Positions 27,460-32,000 of a DNA stretch of 32,000 bases are shown here, one piece after another (positions within the stretch are counted from its first letter, which is position 1; every line of letters begins with the position of its first letter). The notes under the pieces are model-generated. The model worked only from the letters and a program-made list of their open reading frames with translations. It was not told where the DNA came from and did no database searches. Source of the DNA: Desulfobulbus propionicus DSM 2032 (GTDB taxonomy: Bacteria; Desulfobacterota; Desulfobulbia; Desulfobulbales; Desulfobulbaceae); NCBI RefSeq assembly GCF_000186885.1, contig NC_014972.1:30001-62000 (forward strand), given 5' to 3'. The translations under genes and the position numbers were made by a program.

Positions 27460-29312
27460 AGCAGCTGCAGGCGGTCAACGATTTTGTCATCCGGTTCGCC
27501 AACGTCAACGGCTCCGGCTCGGCCAGCGCCAACAATCTGTTCGCCAAGGCAGTGTTCCGCATGGGCGTGCCGGTCAGCCCGAAGAACATCTTCCCCTCGA
27601 ATATCCAGGGATTGCCCACCTGGTACGAGGTGCGGGTCAACGAACAGGGCCGGGTGGGGCGACGCGGCGACATCGACATGGTGGTGGCGGTCAACGGCCA
27701 GACCCTGCGCCAGGATTACGACAGCCTGGTGCCCGGCGGCTATTTCCTTTATGATTCCTCCAAGGCGCTGCCCGAGGACTTCCAGCGCGACGACATCACC
27801 ATCATCGGCATCCCCTTGACCCTGCTGTGCAACGAGGCGTTTGACAATCCGAAGATGCGGCCGCTGTTGAAAAACATCATCTATGTCGGCGCCCTGGCCT
27901 CGCTGCTCGATATGGAACTGCAGGTGCTGATCGATTCGCTTATCAAGCAGTTCCGCAAGAATCCCAAACTGGCCGAGCCCAATATCCAGGCCCTGCGGTT
28001 GGGTCACGACTATGCCGGCGAGCACTTTGCCGGGGTGTGCCAGCTGTCGGTGCGGCGCAGCGACCGGGTGGGTGATTCGATCATCATGGACGGCAACAGC
28101 GCCGTGGCCTTGGGCGCGATCTACGCCGGCGCCACCGTGGTCGGCTGGTACCCGATCACCCCCTCGACCTCGATCATCGAGGCCTTTGGCCGCTACGCGG
28201 AACAGTTCAGGATCGAGCAGGACACCGGCCGGATCAAGGCGGCCATCGTCCAGGCCGAGGACGAACTGGCGGCCATCGGCATCGTTATCGGCGCCTCGTG
28301 GAATGGGGCCCGCGCCTTCACCGCCACTTCGGGGCCGGGCATCTCGCTGATGAGCGAATTCCTCGGCTTGGCCTATTTCGGCGAAATTCCGGTGGTGTTG
28401 ATCGATGTGCAGCGCACCGGACCTTCCACCGGCATGCCCACCCGCACCCAGCAGTCGGATGTGCTGGCCTGCGCCTATGCCTCGCACGGCGACACCAGGC
28501 ACCCGCTGCTTTTTCCCTGCGATCCGCGCGAATGTTTCGACATGACCGCCGATGCCTTTGACCTGGCCGAACGGCTGCAGACCCCGGTGCTGGTGATGAG
28601 CGATCTTGATCTGGGCATGAATGATCACTTCGGTCCGCCGCTGGCCTGGGATCCGGCCCGTCGCTACGATCGGGGCAAGGTGCTCGACGCCGCCCAGCTG
28701 GAGGCCCTGACCACGCGTTGGGGCCGCTACAAAGATGTGGACGGCGACGGCATCTGCTCCCGCACCTATCCAGGCACCCATCCCGACAAGGGCGTCTACT
28801 TCACCCGCGGCACCTCCCGCGACGAGTATTCGGCCTATACCGAGGACAGCGGCGCCTATGTGCGCAACATGGAACGCTTGCTGCTCAAGTGGGAAACCGC
28901 CAAACGGCTGCTGCCCCTGGCCCGGATCAAGATCGCCAGCCCACAGGCCCGCTTGGGGGCCGTGTTTTACGGCAGCACCACCCCCTCGGCCTACGAGGCG
29001 ATCGACCTTTTGCACCAACGCGGCATTGTCCTCAACACCATGCGGCTGCGGGCCTTTCCCTTTCAGCAGGAGGTGATCGATTTCATTCACAACCATGAGC
29101 TGGTGTTTGTCATCGAACAGAACCGGGATGGTCAGATGCGCACCCTGCTGATCAACGAGGGCAACCTGCCTCCGCACAAACTGATCCCCATCGCCAGCTA
29201 CGACGGCCTGCCCGTGGCCAGTCGTTTTCTTGTTCGCGCCCTGGAAGAGGCCCTGGCGGAACGCGGCATCAGTCTCCAGCAACTCGCCAGCGGTCAAGGA
29301 GGTGGCCAATGA
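27456..29312 (+). CDS. korA: 2-oxoacid:acceptor oxidoreductase subunit alpha (fused gamma-alpha, KorA type)
   Basis: 618 aa. N-terminus NDFVIRFANVNGSGSASANNLFAKAVFRMGVPVSPKNIFPSNIQGLPTWYEVRV is typical of actinobacterial/proteobacterial KorA. ATGA overlaps at both ends. Confidence 0.92.
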   Translation: MKQLQAVNDFVIRFANVNGSGSASANNLFAKAVFRMGVPVSPKNIFPSNIQGLPTWYEVRVNEQGRVGRRGDIDMVVAVNGQTLRQDYDSLVPGGYFLYDSSKALPEDFQRDDITIIGIPLTLLCNEAFDNPKMRPLLKNIIYVGALASLLDMELQVLIDSLIKQFRKNPKLAEPNIQALRLGHDYAGEHFAGVCQLSVRRSDRVGDSIIMDGNSAVALGAIYAGATVVGWYPITPSTSIIEAFGRYAEQFRIEQDTGRIKAAIVQAEDELAAIGIVIGASWNGARAFTATSGPGISLMSEFLGLAYFGEIPVVLIDVQRTGPSTGMPTRTQQSDVLACAYASHGDTRHPLLFPCDPRECFDMTADAFDLAERLQTPVLVMSDLDLGMNDHFGPPLAWDPARRYDRGKVLDAAQLEALTTRWGRYKDVDGDGICSRTYPGTHPDKGVYFTRGTSRDEYSAYTEDSGAYVRNMERLLLKWETAKRLLPLARIKIASPQARLGAVFYGSTTPSAYEAIDLLHQRGIVLNTMRLRAFPFQQEVIDFIHNHELVFVIEQNRDGQMRTLLINEGNLPPHKLIPIASYDGLPVASRFLVRALEEALAERGISLQQLASGQGGGQ

Positions 29313-30361
29313 CCTTTCAACGTCCCAGCTTTCGGCATCCCGAATTGCCGGCCAACGCCGCCGGGTATCATCGCCGCGACTACGAGGGCGGCATCTCGAC
29401 CCTGTGCGCCGGCTGCGGCCATGACTCGATCTGCAACGCGATCATCCAGGCCTGCTTCGAGCTGGCCCTGCCGCCGCACCGGATCGTCAAGATGTCGGGT
29501 ATCGGCTGTTCGTCCAAGACCCCGGCCTATTTCCTCGGCCGATCGCACGGCTTCAATTCGGTGCATGGCCGCATGCCTTCCATCGCCACCGGCGCCAACA
29601 TGGCCAACCGCGAGCTTATCTACCTGGGCGTGTCCGGCGATGGCGACACCGCCTCTATCGGCATGGGCCAGTTCGTCCATGCGGTCCGCCGCAACCTCAA
29701 CATGCTCTACATCGTGATGAACAACGGCTGCTACGGTCTGACCAAGGGCCAGTATTCGGCCACGGCGGATAAGGGATCCAAAGGCAAGAAGGGCGGGGTC
29801 AACGCGCTCGAATCCATCGATCTGTGCGAGCTGGCGATTCAACTGGGCGCGGGCTTCGTGGCCCGCAGTTTCGCCGGCGACAAGCAGCAACTGGTGCCCT
29901 TGATCAAGGCCGGGCTGTCGCACAACGGGCTCTCCTTCATCGATGTGATCTCTCCCTGCGTCACCTTCAACAACAATCCCGAATCGACCAAGAGCTACCA
30001 CTGGGTGCGCGAGCACAGCGAGGCCACCAACACCTTTGACTTCGTGCCGTTCCGCCAAACCATCACCGCCGACTATGCGGATGATTCGGTTCAGGAGGTG
30101 GTGTTGCACGACGAGTCGGTGATTCATCTGCACAAGCACCACGACGCACCGGACATCACCGACCGCCGTCAGGCCATCGACAATCTGGAGGATCACAAGG
30201 TGCAGGGCGTGATCCTCACCGGCGTGCTCTACGTCAATCCGGACTCCATGGATACCCACGAGATTCTCAACACCAGTGCTCGGCCGCTCAACAGCCTGAT
30301 CGAGGCGGACCTGTGTCCGGGAGGCGCGGCGCTGGAGGCCATCAATGCCGCTCATCGATAA
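29309..30361 (+). CDS. korB: 2-oxoacid:ferredoxin oxidoreductase subunit beta (TPP-binding, KorB type)
   Basis: 350 aa. CAGCGHDSI cysteine motif, GIGCSSK, TPP motif GDGDTASIGMGQF...MNNGCYGLTKGQ. Confidence 0.92.
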   Translation: MTFQRPSFRHPELPANAAGYHRRDYEGGISTLCAGCGHDSICNAIIQACFELALPPHRIVKMSGIGCSSKTPAYFLGRSHGFNSVHGRMPSIATGANMANRELIYLGVSGDGDTASIGMGQFVHAVRRNLNMLYIVMNNGCYGLTKGQYSATADKGSKGKKGGVNALESIDLCELAIQLGAGFVARSFAGDKQQLVPLIKAGLSHNGLSFIDVISPCVTFNNNPESTKSYHWVREHSEATNTFDFVPFRQTITADYADDSVQEVVLHDESVIHLHKHHDAPDITDRRQAIDNLEDHKVQGVILTGVLYVNPDSMDTHEILNTSARPLNSLIEADLCPGGAALEAINAAHR

Positions 30362-30373
30362 CCGCCCGATGCC

Positions 30374-31228
30374 ATGAACGATTACCTCTCCCTGACCGTG
30401 GGTATTGCCTGCGCCGGCGTCGGCGGCGAACTGTTCGTCCGCGGCGCGGTCGGTCTCGCCCATTGGGCACGGATTCCACCGGGAATCATCGGCGCCGTGG
30501 TGGCCGCGTTCGCCACCTCAAGCCCGGAGCTGTCCGTATCGATCAGTTCCGCCCTGGCGGGCAATCCGCAGATAGCCTTGGGCGACGCCCTGGGGAGCAA
30601 TATCGTCAATATCGCCCTGCTGGTGCCCCTGCTGACCGGGCTGCTGTTTTTTGACGGACAGCTCTCGCGCCTGGACGGCCTGCTGATGCTTGTCCTGTTT
30701 TTCTCCTGGCTGGCCCTGGCGATGATCGAGGCAAAGAAACAGCGCAGCGCCACCGACGAAATACTGGGGGAGCACCGGAAAGGGCTGGTTGTTGGGTCAT
30801 CCGTGGCCGGTCTCGTCCTGCTTGTTCTCGCCGGGGATTTGATTGTCACCGGTGCCAAAGGGATCGCGCTTTCGTTTGGCATGGATTATTTTCTGGTCGG
30901 GGTGACCATCGTGGCCATCGGCACCTCCGCGCCGGAGCTGGCCACGGCGGTGATCGCCAAGTTGCGCGGCCACGATGAAGTCGGCCTGGGCACCATCCTG
31001 GGCAGCAACATCTTCAACGGCCTGTTGATCGTCCCGGTGGCGGCCGTCATCGAGCCCATTGCCGTGGTTGCACGGCACGAGGTGGCGCTGTCGCTGGCGG
31101 CCGGTTTCATGGCGGTGCTGCTTCCCTATCCGACACGCACCGGCTATATTCAACGGTCGCGCGGAGTGCTGCTCCTGCTGTTTTATGGGGGATACGTGTA
31201 CACCCTTCTCGCGTTGCGGGGCACCTGA
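30374..31228 (+). CDS. Ca2+/Na+ antiporter, CaCA (YrbG-like) family
   Basis: 284 aa polytopic membrane protein with two alpha-repeat signatures: ATSSPEL...GDALGSNIVNIALL and GTSAPELATAV...LGSNIFNGLLIV. Confidence 0.85.
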   Translation: MNDYLSLTVGIACAGVGGELFVRGAVGLAHWARIPPGIIGAVVAAFATSSPELSVSISSALAGNPQIALGDALGSNIVNIALLVPLLTGLLFFDGQLSRLDGLLMLVLFFSWLALAMIEAKKQRSATDEILGEHRKGLVVGSSVAGLVLLVLAGDLIVTGAKGIALSFGMDYFLVGVTIVAIGTSAPELATAVIAKLRGHDEVGLGTILGSNIFNGLLIVPVAAVIEPIAVVARHEVALSLAAGFMAVLLPYPTRTGYIQRSRGVLLLLFYGGYVYTLLALRGT

Positions 31229-31305
31229 ATCGATCACCGTGTTCGTGTATCCCGAGCAGCGATGCCCCGCGCTGTTCGTCGTTAATCTTTTACTTTCAGC
31301 TTGCC

Positions 31306-32000
31306 ATGATCACCTTGCCGAGAACCCATCGATTGCCTGCCGAGGCCCCGTCACGTTGTCCTGTTCGCCTGCGCCCCCTGCTTCTCGGGTCCGCGGTGCT
31401 GCTCGCCGCCGGTTTGACCGCGTGCAGCTCGCCGCCGATGCGCGTCGAGCAGACTGCCGGCCGTCCTGTTCAGTCGTCCAAGACATTTCGCGCCTGCGTC
31501 GGCTCCTACCATGCCACGCAACTGACCGGCGATTATGCCCAGTACGCCCGGCTGGAGCAGTTCATCAACCAGATGGTGGACACGCACGGCTTTGAACGCG
31601 AATACCTGCTGGGCCTGTTTTCCCAGGCCAAGCGGAAAAACTGGACCCTCAACTATCTCGCCAAGTCGGACCAGGGATTGAAAGGCAGGCCCGCCGCGGG
31701 CGGGTGGAGCCGCTACCGGGCCAAGTTCCTCGACGAGCGCCACATTGGCGCCGGGGTTGACTTCGCCCGCCGCCACCGCGCCGCCCTGCAACGCGCTACC
31801 CGGCAGTATGGCGTACCGCAGGAGTACATTCTCGGCATCCTGGCGGTGGAAACCACGTTCGGCGGTTTTGTCGGCAACCACCGGGTGCTCGACGCCCTGA
31901 CCACCCTGGGTTTCGATTACGCCCGGCGCGGCGACTATTTTCGCGGCGAACTGGAAAGCTATCTGCTGATGGCCCGGGAGGAAGGCATCGACCCGGCCCG
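31306..32000 (+). CDS. mltB: Lytic murein transglycosylase B, lipoprotein (3' end outside the window)
   Basis: Absent from the ORF track because it runs off the window. Frame-1 translation from ATG 31306 gives MITLPRTHRLP...LLLGSAVLLAAGLTAC (lipobox LTAC). It then continues FINQMVDTHGFEREYL...YGVPQEYILGILAVETTFG...LDALTTLGFDY, which is MltB/SLT_2-like. Confidence 0.85.
   Translation, partial: MITLPRTHRLPAEAPSRCPVRLRPLLLGSAVLLAAGLTACSSPPMRVEQTAGRPVQSSKTFRACVGSYHATQLTGDYAQYARLEQFINQMVDTHGFEREYLLGLFSQAKRKNWTLNYLAKSDQGLKGRPAAGGWSRYRAKFLDERHIGAGVDFARRHRAALQRATRQYGVPQEYILGILAVETTFGGFVGNHRVLDALTTLGFDYARRGDYFRGELESYLLMAREEGIDPA

Noticed and set aside
1-32000. Search for tRNA, rRNA, CRISPR arrays, integrases or transposases, toxin-antitoxin pairs or recognisable defence genes.
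   Set aside because: I saw no T-loop or acceptor-stem patterns, no regularly spaced direct repeats, and no recombinase or defence-type domains in any frame. Apart from the small MITE-like element, the window looks like core chromosome.

Overview
High-GC (about 60%) bacterial chromosomal window. The gene content (sigma-54 activator, periplasmic-binding-protein/hybrid-kinase pair, KorAB, GspE and PilT paralogues, HDOD, GGDEF) resembles a Desulfobacterota/deltaproteobacterial genome, but the taxon is inference only. All identifications come from motif recognition in the supplied translations and from reading the DNA; no database search was possible. I support 26 protein-coding genes. Most are housekeeping: fumC, ilvD, yciA-like thioesterase, rpsA-ihfB, tsaC, guaB-guaA, glk, korAB, a CaCA antiporter and mltB. 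I found no rRNA, tRNA or CRISPR array. The accessory or unusual content is as follows. (1) An orphan MshE/GspE-type ATPase carries two tandem 24-residue MshEN (c-di-GMP-binding) motifs and is tightly coupled to an HDOD protein. (2) An orphan PilT-like ATPase 3.3 kb away is followed by a zinc-ribbon plus degenerate-receiver protein. No pilin, platform or secretin genes occur in the window. (3) A roughly 226-bp insertion in the tsaC/guaB intergenic gap has imperfect terminal inverted repeats and an exact 8-bp flanking direct repeat (MITE-like). (4) A NYN nuclease is fused to a cold-shock domain and sits between guaA and glk. (5) A translationally coupled GltD-like/ferredoxin + KorA + KorB operon lies next to a PBP/hybrid-kinase pair and a convergent GAF-type sigma-54 activator. 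That activator has its own candidate -24/-12 promoter and an upstream inverted repeat. The many 300-730 aa ORFs antisense to these genes are treated as high-GC artefacts.
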